Part shown: positions 13,326 through 24,824 of the stretch, in pieces
Position numbering within the stretch: the stretch's first letter is position 1
How the letters are laid out: each line of letters starts with the position of its first letter
Origin: Felis catus
Lineage: Eukaryota
Assembly (NCBI RefSeq): GCF_018350175.1
Contig: NC_058369.1
Coordinates: 24,864,001 to 24,928,000, forward strand
Length of the DNA: 64,000 nt
Reading direction: 5' to 3'
The notes under the pieces: generated by a model
Seen by the model: only the letters and a program-made list of their open reading frames with translations
Databases searched by the model: none
What the model was told of the DNA's origin: nothing
Program-made: the position numbers and the translations under genes

Positions 13326-14365
13326 GAGGCTACAATATACTTGGTGTTTTCTAAGTGCTTTGCATATGTTAAGCTTATTCAATTTTCTCAACTTTATGAG
13401 GTAGGTACTTAATTCCCTTTTTGGAACGAAGTGGCTCACTATGTGCTTAAAAAAAGGAAGGTACAGAACAGGATGGATAGAATGGTAGTAACATTGGCAC
13501 CAAAAAGGGGGAAATACAGTTAAGTATATGCACCTATTTGCGTAAAACTTTTGTGGAAAGCTACATGAGTAATTAGCAACATTGGTTTCCTACGGAAAGG
13601 GACTAGGTTCTGAAAGAAGTAGGAGAGACTTCACACCCTCTCATACTTTAAAGCATATGAATGCATCCCTTACCCAAAAAATGATTTTTTAAAAAAGAAA
13701 GGGAAAGAAGGTATAGAAAAGCATGCTCAGAAGCTGTCATTGTCATTAGCAAGAGTAAAACTAGTATCTCAGTAATCATCCAGAAAGCCAATACAGAGAT
13801 TTTAGAAGGGTCCCTATGTTTCAATCTAGAGGAATTATAGACTTCCACATGCCGATCAAAGAAAGCTATTAGGTAAGTAAATAGTTACAAGATTCACACA
13901 TAGTCAAACAGAAGCACCACTAATAGTACTTCTGAAGTAAACAAAATCACTAATAAGATGGATAGTAACAACATTCCCCTAACATTTGCAAGGCAATTTT
14001 CATGTGTCTTTTTCAGGTAATAGATGCTACTTATGATCACACATACCTTGAAACTTCAAGGTCACACAGCTAAGATTTTTTTTTTTTTGACATGCCCATT
14101 GAAAAGCAGCAGTATGGGAAGATAATGAACACCAACCAACAAAACCACCACTACCAGATTCAATTCATAGAACTCCAAGGATCTTAAGAGATTAATTAGT
14201 CCAACCCATGTCTTTATGAATAAAGACAGTATTACAAGGCAACTCCATTGCCTATTCAGATGCATCAAAAAATATGAAAGTGTCATTCCTTCCATTACAC
14301 TTCAGATAAAACAACAATTCTTCCATGGAATCTTCTTTTTCCAAAGTGCTTATCCTGTTACTCAC

Positions 14366-14414
14366 TGACGAGATATTTGAGTGTATCCCAAGTAGGTATA
14401 AGAAAGACCCTGTT

Positions 14415-14448
<34 letters not shown>

Positions 14449-14880
14449 CACAAAACAAATGACAACAACAAAACAAGGGAGGCTCCCGGGGGCGGGGGGG
14501 GGGGCTGGTTGGAGCTCAACTGGTTAAGCATCTGACTCCTGATTGTGGCTCAGGTCACCATCTAACGGTTGTGAGATGGAGCCCCACATCCGGCTCTGTG
14601 CTGGGCGTGGAGGCTGCTTAAGATTTTCTCTCTCCCTCTGCTCCCCCGCCCCCGTATCTCTCTCAAGAAAAAAAAAAAAAAAGACCCTGTAGTTTGACAA
14701 CAAATTTGTTTGAAATTCATTCATGGTTGATGTCTGGAAGAAAAAAACGTCCATGAAATGAAGAGAAGTCTCAGTTGAAGATAAGAATATAATTAGGGAT
14801 GAGCAAGTATGCAAGTATCTCTTCAACTACACAGCTGACTCTGGTAACCGCAAGTATCGACTAAACCCAGGAATCAAGAG
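14366..14880 (-). pseudogene. Fossil exon interrupted by a SINE-containing insert (14414-14679)
   Basis: Removing the insert and one TSD copy (aaagaccctgt, 14403-14413/14680-14690) gives 238 nt in a single frame, taacag| LLIPGFSRYLRLPESAV*LKRYLHTCSSLIIFLSSTETSLHFMDVFFFQTSTMNEFQTNLLSNYRVFLIPTWDTLKYLV A|gtgagt, phase-compatible with the 13865 exon. Confidence 0.6.
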
Positions 14881-14959
14881 CTGTTACTAAGTTTACTAAG
14901 TTACTGTTAAGTTTTTGTTTCATTTGAGTCGAACCCTTCTAAGGCTTCTGTTAAATTTA

Positions 14960-15270
14960 ATACTATGGATGAATCTCACAGGCACAATGTTGAATGAAAT
15001 CAGTCAGATACAAAGAGTGTGTATAGTATGATTCCACTTATATGAAGTTCAAGAACAGGTAAGAATGATCTATGATGATAAAAGAATAGTGGTTTCCTTG
15101 TGTGTGGTGGGGAGAGGGTGTTGATTCAAAGGAGACATGAGGAACTTTCTGGAATGATGGAGATGTTCTGTATCTTGATTTGGGTGATTGTTACACAGGG
15201 TACATGTATATAAATATTTATTGGACTGTACACTTTACCATTGTGCCTTTTACCCTATGATGTTATTCTT
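14960..15270 (+). mobile_element. Old L1M 3' end
   Basis: atggatgaatctcaca...tatgattccacttatatgaagttcaagaacagg motif. Confidence 0.7.
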
Positions 15271-16945
15271 CAAACAAAAAAACAAAAATGAGGGTTCTCG
15301 TTATTCAAGGGATAAAGAATTCTTCACGTGGCCCATATTGCCTTGCTGATTCTTTTTTTTTTTTTTTTTAATGTTTTGCTTATTTTTGAGAGAGAGAGAG
15401 CATGAGCATGGAAGGGGCAGAGAGTGGGGGGGATAGAGGATCTGAACCGGGCTCTGCGTTTACAGTAGTGAGCCTGATGTGGGGCTCGAACTCACAAACC
15501 ATGAAATTGTGACCTTAGCCGAAGTCTGACGTTCAACCTACTGAGCCACCCAGGCACCCCGAACCTTGCCGATTCTAACCCTTATCTACCATTCCATCTG
15601 CACTCCTCTTCCCTAAGCAGTCTGGCACACTTGCCAAGCTTTCCTTGCCACATGATCAACCTTAATGTGCTATTTCCTCAGTGTGGTGTGCCCTTCTTTC
15701 TCGTGCCTCCCTCTTCCCAATTAGCTCCTGCACTTTCTTTGGCTCAAGCTTCACTTCCTCGTGTAAGCTTCCTCGATCGTCTAGATTGGGTTCCCTGTTT
15801 GGTGCTCTCATAGAATCTTGTTTCTTGCACTCACACTATTTACTTACCACTTCCCTCAACCTGCAATTACTCCTTCATTTGTGGGATAATTTAATTCAAT
15901 CTGTCTCTCCCATTAGACCCTATGGTCTGCTCCATGGGCTGAGGGCAATATCTGGGTTTGCTTACCATGGTATTCCCAGGGCCTGGCACAGTGCTTGGTA
16001 CAGAGTAGGTGTTTGCGAAGTATGTTTTGATTGCTGAGGACAAAGAGTTGCATCTGGTATTTTCTTGCTAGAAAATTGCTAATATCTCACACAACCTGAT
16101 TTGGGTTTACCCCATTAAGTGTTTACTGATATATCTGGCTTTATGCAAACTGGATCCATTACATAAGAATCTAAATTTACCCAAAATAGGGGCACCTGGG
16201 TGGCTCACTTGGTTAAGCATCCAGCTTTGGCTCAAGTCATGATCTCACGGTTTGTGAGTTTGAGCCCTGCAACAGGCTCTGTGCTGACAGCACTGAGCCT
16301 GCTTTGAATTCTGTCTCCCTTTCTCTGCTTCTTCCCTGCTCTGTCTCTCTCAAAAATAAATAAGTAAACATAAACAAAATAAATTTACCCAAAGTATAGA
16401 TTGAGGTGTGTCTAGTCAATGCCCTTTGAACATTGTATACAAATTCAAAGTGCCTTGTAGTGCGTTTGAGAAGACAGGTGAACTTCATCTGCCAAATCCA
16501 AGATTGGTTTAAATCCAAAGGATTTGACAGTTGGAAGTGATGGTCATGTCCTATCTGCTGGCTGACCAGTACAGACCTAGTCATGAGATCATTTATACCA
16601 CTGCAATTTCCACCTGAAGAAAGACTCAGATTTATACTAAATTTACATTGTAGAGTCTCTAAGATGGAGGATGATACCAAGGAAACAAGTCACACAAAGA
16701 GGAAAAAAATGTTCCAGAGGAAGTGGTACATTGAAGAGTGCAAGCAGTGGTGAAATGTGTGAAAAAATTTTTAAGTTAAAAGTGTCTTTGCTCTTATGTT
16801 TCTTATAATACAGGAGGGCAAAAGAACGTCGTGTAGGAATTGATGTTTTCAGAATAAAATGCATCACACCGCTTAGTTTGGAAGAGTGAATAAATTAGAA
16901 GAAAAGGAGTAGTAAGACAGAAAGAACATTTGAATAATTCCTTAC

Positions 16946-17162
16946 GGTTTACCACAGGCTTCATTCTCTCAACAAATACTTCTTGGAATCCTCTCTGCTA
17001 CCCGGCCCCAGGCTGGGCTCCTGGGCGTACAGCTGAAAACATCCATCCTAACCGTAGGCTCACAATCTGGGGCTTCCCCTTGCCATATTGAATCTTCACA
17101 GAAGTTGCCAGAGAAACATTTCCACTTTGGGCAGAGGGGGAAACAATGGCTTAGTTGTCTTG
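16946..17162 (-). pseudogene. Fossil exon (217 nt, one frameshift)
   Basis: gtttctttcag| ... C|gtaagg; KTTKPLFPPLPKVEMFL (frameshift) TSVKIQYGKGKPQIVSLRLGWMFSAVRPGAQPGAG*QRGFQEVFVERMKPVVN. Confidence 0.65.
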
Positions 17163-17463
17163 CTGAAAGAAACACCACTGAGAAGTGATGGAGCAGCAGT
17201 CAAATTTGCATCTCCTAACTCAGATTTCAGGCTTTTGGAACCTCACAAAAAATTCCACTTGCTTTATGCCTCTAGTTTGCTGATCAAGGCTCTCAAGAGA
17301 TAAGAAACAGGATGAAGTACAGCCCCATTTTACTTCGGTCACTCTCCAATGTGTCAGTTCTCTCCCCTTTTCTGTCTGTCTATTCTTCCAATAGGAAACG
17401 TTCCACCAAATCCCTTACAAACACAAGCTTCTTTCATTTTTACTTGTTTCTAATGGCACTTAC

Positions 17464-17656
17464 GGATTTGTAGATGGTTTTTAGACAGAGGCAAATTACT
17501 CATCCAGTTTCCTCAACTGACCAAAAACTGAACCAAGAATTTTCCCTTTTACAACACATGATTCAGATTATTCCTTTATTATTTGGAACTTCACAGTACC
17601 AGCAGGGGATTCAGACTGACTTTAACTTTGGACACTTTCTCCCAATTCATAAAAGC
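17464..17656 (-). pseudogene. Fossil exon (193 nt, phase 1 to 2)
   Basis: tcttttgttactag| ... CC|gtaagt; FYELGESVQS*SQSESPAGTVKFQIIKE*SESCVVKGKILGSVFGQLRKLDE*FASV*KPSTN; phases fit both neighbours. Confidence 0.65.
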
Positions 17657-17749
17657 CTAGTAACAAAAGATGCTTTTGACATGACCTTTTGCTACACAGT
17701 AAATACTGATTTTAAAAGAATATTAGCAAATGCCTATCAACTGATAAAC

Positions 17750-18105
17750 AGGTGAACAAAATGTTGTATATTCCATGCAATGGAATGAATACTAAAGGAT
17801 GAAGAATTGGTATGTGCAACAGAGATGAACCTTAAAACCCATGCTAAGTGAAAGAAGCCTGTCACAAAAGGCCATGTATGGAATGATTCCATTTACACGA
17901 AATAGCTGGAATATAGGGAAGCCTATAGAGACAGAGGTACATTTGTGGTTGCCTAGAGCTGGAGGAATGGGTGAATGCTAAAGGGTATGGTTTCTTTTTA
18001 GGATGATGAAAATGTTCTTAAATTAAATGTGGTGATTATGCTAAAGACAACTAATTGCATGCTTTAATAATTTGTTGGTATGTGAATTATATCAATAAAG
18101 CTTTT
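17750..18105 (+). mobile_element. Old L1M 3' end
   Basis: atgctaagtgaaagaagcc...gaattatatcaataaagc motif. Confidence 0.7.
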
Positions 18106-18537
18106 TTGAAAAGGGAATTGACAAAGTGGTCCAGTAATAACTTGGGAGAAACACTTTTTCAGGCACATGATGTAGGAAGTTATTGTGACCTCCAAGCAGT
18201 GCTTACAGGTTGACTTACTTGCTTACTGGTTACTTACTTCTGTGTTGACTATGTAGAGATAGCTGAGTAAGCAATTTTCTATGTTTTTTCTTCAAAGAAA
18301 AAGGAAAAACACCAGATTCTACCCATACAGCAGTGGCATAATGCAGATATTACCTCTGAAACATAGTCTGGGTCAATTAAGGCAGCAACAATTGACATCT
18401 ATACATGTCTATATCCACCCATTATAATATGTGCATATATAAGTAGAAAAGTGCTAGCTGTGTCTTTTTTGATTTTTATATTTTAAATTTTCATTAAAGT
18501 TAATTAATATTAACTCCTATAAAAATAACATTGAACA

Positions 18538-18762
18538 GGGGCGCCTGGGTGGCGCAGTCGGTTAAGCATCCGACTTCAGCCAGGTCACGATCTCACGGTC
18601 CATGAGTTCGAGCCCCGCGTCAGGCTCTGGGCTGATGGCTCAGAGCCTGGAGCCTGTTTCCGATTCTGTGTCTCCCTCTCTCTCTGCCCCTCCCCCGTTC
18701 ATGCTCTGTTTCTCTCTGTCCCAAAAATAAATAAACGTTGAAAAAAAAATTTAAAAAAAAAT
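18538..18762 (+). mobile_element. Young felid Can-SINE (SINEC_Fc-like)
   Basis: CpG-intact head ggggcgcctgggtggcgcagtcggttaagc, (CT)n, A-tail; TSD aataacattgaaca 18524-18537/18763-18776. Confidence 0.95.
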
Positions 18763-19403
18763 AATAACATTGAACAGAAGTCCTCATGAATTATCAATAT
18801 AAAATATTCCAGATTATTTTCCCAAAAAATCCATTTCAGCTATTTAAAATAAAAGTTAGATTATTGTTTGGCTTTAAATATTTTATTTCAAATGTCCTTT
18901 CTCATTATATTCCCAAACATACAAAAAAACCATGTTTTTCCCAATTATTTTTCCATTTAATGTAAAAAAAAAAATCCTGATTAGCTAGAAGAGATTTGTA
19001 AAAATAAAGCTTTACAAAAAATATGTCCTAGAGTTTTGGTACCCCCCGGTGGCTCTATATAGATAGGCAACTAGTTATTATAAGTTTTCTTCTAAGAAGT
19101 CTTTGGGGAACCAGCCAAGTTTAAATAGGATAATTGGTAGGTCTATAGTTGCAATTTACATAAATTATAGAAACATAACACCAGACATTTATCTAATTGA
19201 AGAAAATGTGGTGTTTAGTTACTTGTCTAGAGGAATCCTGTTTGTGGTTTGTGCCATTTGGTGATCAGTCCATTCTCTTGAGAATCTAAATGGGTTTCTC
19301 TGGGGACAGCATATGGTAATAATGTTTCAAATTCATTTTGCTTTACTTTGCAAAGGCTCAAAATATATATTAAATATAAAATACTATTTATATACATTTC
19401 TTT

Positions 19404-19625
19404 CTTTCTTTTTTTTTTTTTTAATGTTTATTTATTTTTGAGACAGAGAGACACAGAGCATGAACGGGGGAGGGGCAGAGAGAGAGGGAGACACAGAATC
19501 GGAAACAGGCTCCAGGCTCTGAGCCATCAGCCCAGAGCCCGACGCGGGGCTCGAACTCACGGACCGCGAGATCGTGACCTGGCTGAAGTCGGACGCTTAA
19601 CCGACTGCGCCACCCAGGCGCCCCC
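19404..19625 (-). mobile_element. Young felid Can-SINE
   Basis: Near-consensus with intact CpGs; TSD acatttcttt 19394-19403/19627-19636. Confidence 0.95.
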
Positions 19626-19724
19626 AACATTTCTTTAATAAAAATTGCATTAAAACAATATAACCCTATAAGTCCTTTCAAGATGTTTATCCACATTCCT
19701 ACTAGAGATGTTAGTTACACTCAC

Positions 19725-20016
19725 CATTATGTGTTGCTTTTTCTTTAAATGCTAACCAATTCATCACTCTCCTAATCAATTTGCTATCATAGGTCCTATG
19801 TCCTTTAGTTGAATTTCTGTTTCCTATTAATATAATAAGCCGTGTAAGACATTTAATACTGTCAAATTTTCCCAAGTATTTCTTGTAAAGAGCATTTCTA
19901 CAAAAAGCATATTCGACAGATCGTACATTTTTGCAGAATTGCACACAAGACAATGTATCCCAGATATTTAAGCTTCATAAATTATGCAAGCAAAGTCCTA
20001 AGTCCCTATTTCCTAC
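19725..20016 (-). pseudogene. Fossil exon (292 nt, phase 0 to 1, one stop)
   Basis: cttag|GTA GGA AAT ... AAT G|gtgagt; VGNRDLGLCLHNL*SLNIWDTLSCVQFCKNVRSVEYAFCRNALYKKYLGKFDSIKCLTRLIILIGNRNSTKGHRTYDSKLIRRVMNWLAFKEKATHN. Confidence 0.65.
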
Positions 20017-21526
20017 CTAAGATGTCTGAAGTGGAGTCAAATTGCAAGTTTTTTGTTTTTAAATTTTTTTTTAAAGTTTATTTATTCTCAGAGAGAGCAT
20101 GTGTGGAGGAGGGGCAGAGAGAGAATCCCAAGCAGACTCTGTGCTATCAGAGCAGATTCCTGATGTGGACTCCATCTCACAAACTGTGAGATCATGACCT
20201 GAGATGAAATCAAGAGTTGGATGCTTAACCCACCAAGTCACCCAGGCATACCATACTGCAAATTTTAACATACAAGCATATCTCAATGTCTCAAGCAACC
20301 TTCAATCACAGCCTGTGTACAATAACCCAGGAAATTTGTAAGGTAGGACAATGCCTCATACCCTCACACTGGGACACTGAAAATTTGGAGCTTACCACTC
20401 TCATGTCACTGGTACTTATTTGCTAAACCCATTTAATTATTTAGCGATTCTTTATTGAACAGTTTGTGTTTGCCAGGAACTGTATCTGATGCAGAAGATT
20501 AAACATAAGATGTAGTTCCTGCTCGTAAAGACAATAAAGCAATCAAGCAAAGGAGACAATCTAGTCGAGACTCACTCTAGCAAAGGCCAGAGATGAAGAG
20601 GAAGTGAAGTGGCAGGGAATTCAGGGAATCCAGGTAGAGAGGACAGTGAGAAAAAGGGACAAAGATACTAATGTGAGAAGCAAAAAGGTTTATGCAGCAG
20701 GGAAGCACAGGCGGCTCTTTTTGGGAATACAGGGTGAGGCGGGAATGCAAGAGGCAGGCTGAGCTGAATCACAGAAAAAGCTCGTGTGCTATGTTAAGGA
20801 ACTTGGACCTAATCCTGACGGCAAGAGATAAGAACCTAGTGACTTTAGGTAGAGGCTGACCCAATCAGATGTGTATTTGAGGCAGATCATTCTGGTTCTT
20901 GTTATAGAAGGTGGATTTTAGGGATATAACATAAAGGCAGAAGACCAGTTAGGACACTTTGCTAAAATCTAGGTAAGAGATGGCTTAGGACCTCCCAGCC
21001 TTGGTAGTTGTCGGCCTAGATACAAACCAAGGCTGTGTTACGGCGTGAGAGAATTTCAGAGGGAAGAAGTAAAGAGATGGAAGAAATCAATAATAGTTAC
21101 TAAGGAAGCTGTTGCTGTTCTCCCTGCCACCATATTCCTTTTTTAAAAATATGGAATCTAGAATTCCCTGAAAGGACCAAGTAGTAAACTACGAAGTGAT
21201 ATTGCCAGGTGTTTTTAAGTAAGCTGTATAAAGGATGAGAACACTTCCAATTCATTATTCAGATGCAGAAGACCCTACAATGCTTCACAAATTTCAAGCA
21301 AAAAACATCCCCTATGAAATAGTATAAGGTATTTTCCCTATTGGAATTGCATAGCAGAGGACCATAGGGTTTGAAATGGAGTGATAGAGCACAAAAGTTT
21401 AAGAAGAGCAGATAGTAAGAAGACTGAATGGGTTAAGATTTTCTCATTTCATTCTAAGGCTAGATTCAGGTGGTGTTTGGTGTGTCAAAATTAGATTATG
21501 TAACATTTAAAGACACCCTATTGTTT

Positions 21527-21557
<31 letters not shown>

Positions 21558-23069
21558 TTTTTGAGAGAGAGAATCAGAACGCAAGCAGGGGAGGGGCAGA
21601 GAGAGAGAGGAAGACACAGAATCAGAAGCTGGCTCCAGGCTCCAAGCTGTCAGCACAGAGCCCAATGAGGGACTTGAACTCACCAGCTGTGACATCATGA
21701 CCTGAGCCAAAGTCAAATGCTCAACTGACTGAGCCACCCAAGCGCCCCTAAATACACCGTATTGTTTTTATTGTAAAAATAATTTCAGTGTTTAGAAAAT
21801 AAAATTTGAAGCAGACACTTGCAGAATGTCTAAGGCTCTTTTTTTTAAAGACACTTTTGTTTTTGTTTTTTGTTTTTTTTTTTTAGTCTGGAGCTCGCTT
21901 CGGATTCTGTTGCGTCTCCTGCTTTCTGAGAGAGAGCGTGAGCAGGGGAGGGTCAGAGACAGCTGGAGACACAATGGAATCCATAGCCAGCTCCAGGTTC
22001 CTCGGAGCTGTCAGCACAGAGCCCATCTCCAGCCACGGTGCTCGAACTCACCAAACGTGAGATCATGACCCCAGCGGAAGTCAGACGCTTAACCGTGGGA
22101 GCCACCCAGGTGCCCCAAGACACTTTCTTGAAGATCCAGGCTCTGAGAACAGAATCTATCATTGGGCTAGTAAATACAACACTTGATGCTTTTTAACCAA
22201 TCCTTTTGTTGCCCCAAACCAGACCTTTGGGAGCATATACATAAACCTTCCAGCAGAGGGCAGCAAAAGTTCACTAAGCTGTTTTTAAAAACCTTAGCCA
22301 CTTTATGTTGCTTAACAATATTTTTTAAATATTCAGCAGAAGAGTATGTGATATATATATGTTTATATATGTTCATATATATGTTAGTTTGTCTTATATC
22401 TAAACTTATATCTTACCTGATATACAATATATATATTAGTTTCTCTCATAGTAATCATGGAATTACAGTTAGGCAGAATGGAATTCTTTCCAGAGTTCTG
22501 AGACTGCTGAAGGCTCTTGGATGGATAGGACCTAAGGCAGTAGAAGGAGGGAACCAATATGAGCCACAATATCTTGATGAGATCATTTGCTGGTGGTTTG
22601 CCAACTCTTTTACGAAGGTCATGGTTTAAGGTACAGTGGAATTCTTATGTAGGTATGTATGTATATGAATATAAGTATTCATTTCCCCCTCCTTGCCTCA
22701 ATGGAATTCTTTTAAAAATATATTCTAACTATGTGTCTGAATTTCCTTATTGTTAAAAGGTAGATAATAATAGTAGCTGTACTTCAAGGGGCTCAAGATT
22801 AAATGTTAGTGACAGGAACAGTGTTCATTGTTTTTTCAAAAGTTTTTTAATGTATTTAATTATTAATATTATCGCTAAATTATTACTTAACAATATTATT
22901 TATTCATGTATTTGCTTTTATATTGCATATAATTACACATTAAAATATATCAATAACATAACAATAGTATAATATAATATATAAAGATCATAAATACTTA
23001 ATACTTTAATATAACATTGTAAATATATAAATATATTACAATATTTGTTACCATATGTAATCATTAATT

Positions 23070-23440
23070 TTTTTCTTTAAATGATTAAACCTAGCAAAAA
23101 ATTTACCATCTTAACTATTTTTAAGAATATAGATCAGTAAATCCACATTATGTGCAACTACTCTTCAGAACTATATTATCTTGCAAAACTGAAACTCTGT
23201 ACCCATTAAAGAACAATTTCCCTTTCTCCCTCTCCTAGCTGATAGGAACCACCATTCTACTTTTTGTCGCTATGATTTCAACTATTTTGGTTACCTCGTA
23301 TAAGTGAAATCATACAGTATTTGTTTTCTCATGATTGGCTTGCTCACTTAGTATAATGTCCTCAAGGTTCATCCATGGTGCTGCATGTGTGAGAATTTCC
23401 TTCCTTTTCAAGGCTGAATAATATTCCATTGTATATGTAC
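23070..23440 (-). mobile_element. Old L1M 3' end
   Basis: aactgaaactctgtacccattaaa...aaggctgaataatattccattgta. Confidence 0.75.
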
Positions 23441-23499
23441 CTGGTATATTTTAAAACAAAAATGTTTTAAATGATTTTAGGACTCCTGATTCCAGTCAT

Positions 23500-24783
23500 A
23501 CTGGAACAACTAAGATCAGACTTGTCCTCCTCGTATAAACAACTAGGAAATTGGACAAAATATGTAAAACAATGGTATTAAGACATTACACAATAGGTAG
23601 TATGGATTGTGATCTCTGAAAGAAGGGAAACAGAAAGGTAAGCCCTACAGCCACCTCAGACTTTTGTCTAGAGGCAATTCCCCAGCATGTATGTGGGGAG
23701 GGAAATGCAATCAGAGCCCAGCAGTCTTCTCTGAGTTGAAAATTTGAGGAGGACAAGCTGACTGAAATTTGCAAGGCAGAATTCTAGAGAATACGGAGCT
23801 GTGCAGAAAGAGACCCAGAATTCTTACTCAGATGTCCCCTGACCATGCACGTGTAGGTGAAACTTCATAAGGCTGAGTGAGTTGTAGTTGTAAATTGAGT
23901 AATACCCAGAGCTGAGTGGAGAGATGTGGGAAAGTCAATTAACCCAAATCCTCAACTCAGTAGTAAGACTGAACAATTCCCAGAGTAAAGGCCAATTTAC
24001 ACCTCCTGTAGCAAAAATTAAAATAAGCCTTAAAAGGATCAGATTGTTTTATAATTAACTTACTTGCCAGCCAGAACAGAGCCTAACATTCTATAAAGGA
24101 AAACAATAAAATTCAGACACTCGTAATGTTCACTATTTGATAAAATATTACTAGACATGCCAAGAATTAGGAAAATGTTGATTCATAACTGAGAGAAAAA
24201 AAGCAATAAAAACAGACATAGAAATTATACAGTTGGTGGGACTAACAGATAAGAATATTAAGGTATCTATTATAACAATGTAAGCATATTTAAATAAAAA
24301 TATGAACACAATGAGGAAAGAAATGGAAGATACATAAAGGGACCAAATGGAACATCCTGAGATGAAAAATATAGTATCAGAAATTAAAATTTCTCTAAAT
24401 GGCACTAATAAGATTAGACATTGCTAAACCCCAAAATAAACTAGTGAACTTGATTACCTAGCAATAGAATCTACATGAAAGAAAGCTCAAATTTTTAAAA
24501 GACTAGAAAATAAAATGAATAGAGCCTCAGTAACCCATGGGAATACATGGAGTGATCTAATATGTGTGTAATTGGGGGAATCCCTAAAGGAGGGGAGTAC
24601 AAAAAACTATTTGAAGAAATAGTGGACTATAGTTTTCCAAATTTTGTGAAAATTATAAACTCAGAAATTCAAGAAATTCAGTGAACCCCAAGAAAGTTAA
24701 ACACATTCACAGATACAAACCATAACAAGTCATGTCATAATCAAATTGTCAAACACCAATAATTAAGAAACAATCCTAAACGC

Positions 24784-24824
<41 letters not shown>

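Larger units (their letters stand above)
9405..22643 (-). pseudogene. Putative decayed multi-exon (unitary) pseudogene of unknown identity
   Basis: Exon-like segments at ~22643-22467, 22292-22178, 21311-21101, 20016-19725, ~19357-19223, 19142-19043, 18398-18238, 17656-17464, 17162-16946, 16613-~16389, 14880-14366 (SINE-interrupted), 13865-~13727, 9676-~9405; mostly AG/GT bounded, with phase-compatible junctions, in-frame stops and frameshifts. Translated by hand. Confidence 0.7.

Noticed and set aside
13780..14060. Plus-strand donor (ag|gtaagt ~13873) and acceptor (tctttttcag ~14016)
   Set aside because: Frames close quickly and do not join; the minus-strand reading fits the exon chain better. 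A non-coding spliced RNA cannot be excluded.
22183..22629. 148-aa plus-strand ORF
   Set aside because: Runs through a TA-rich low-complexity tract and is antisense to two candidate fossil exons; no consistent plus-strand exon chain found.
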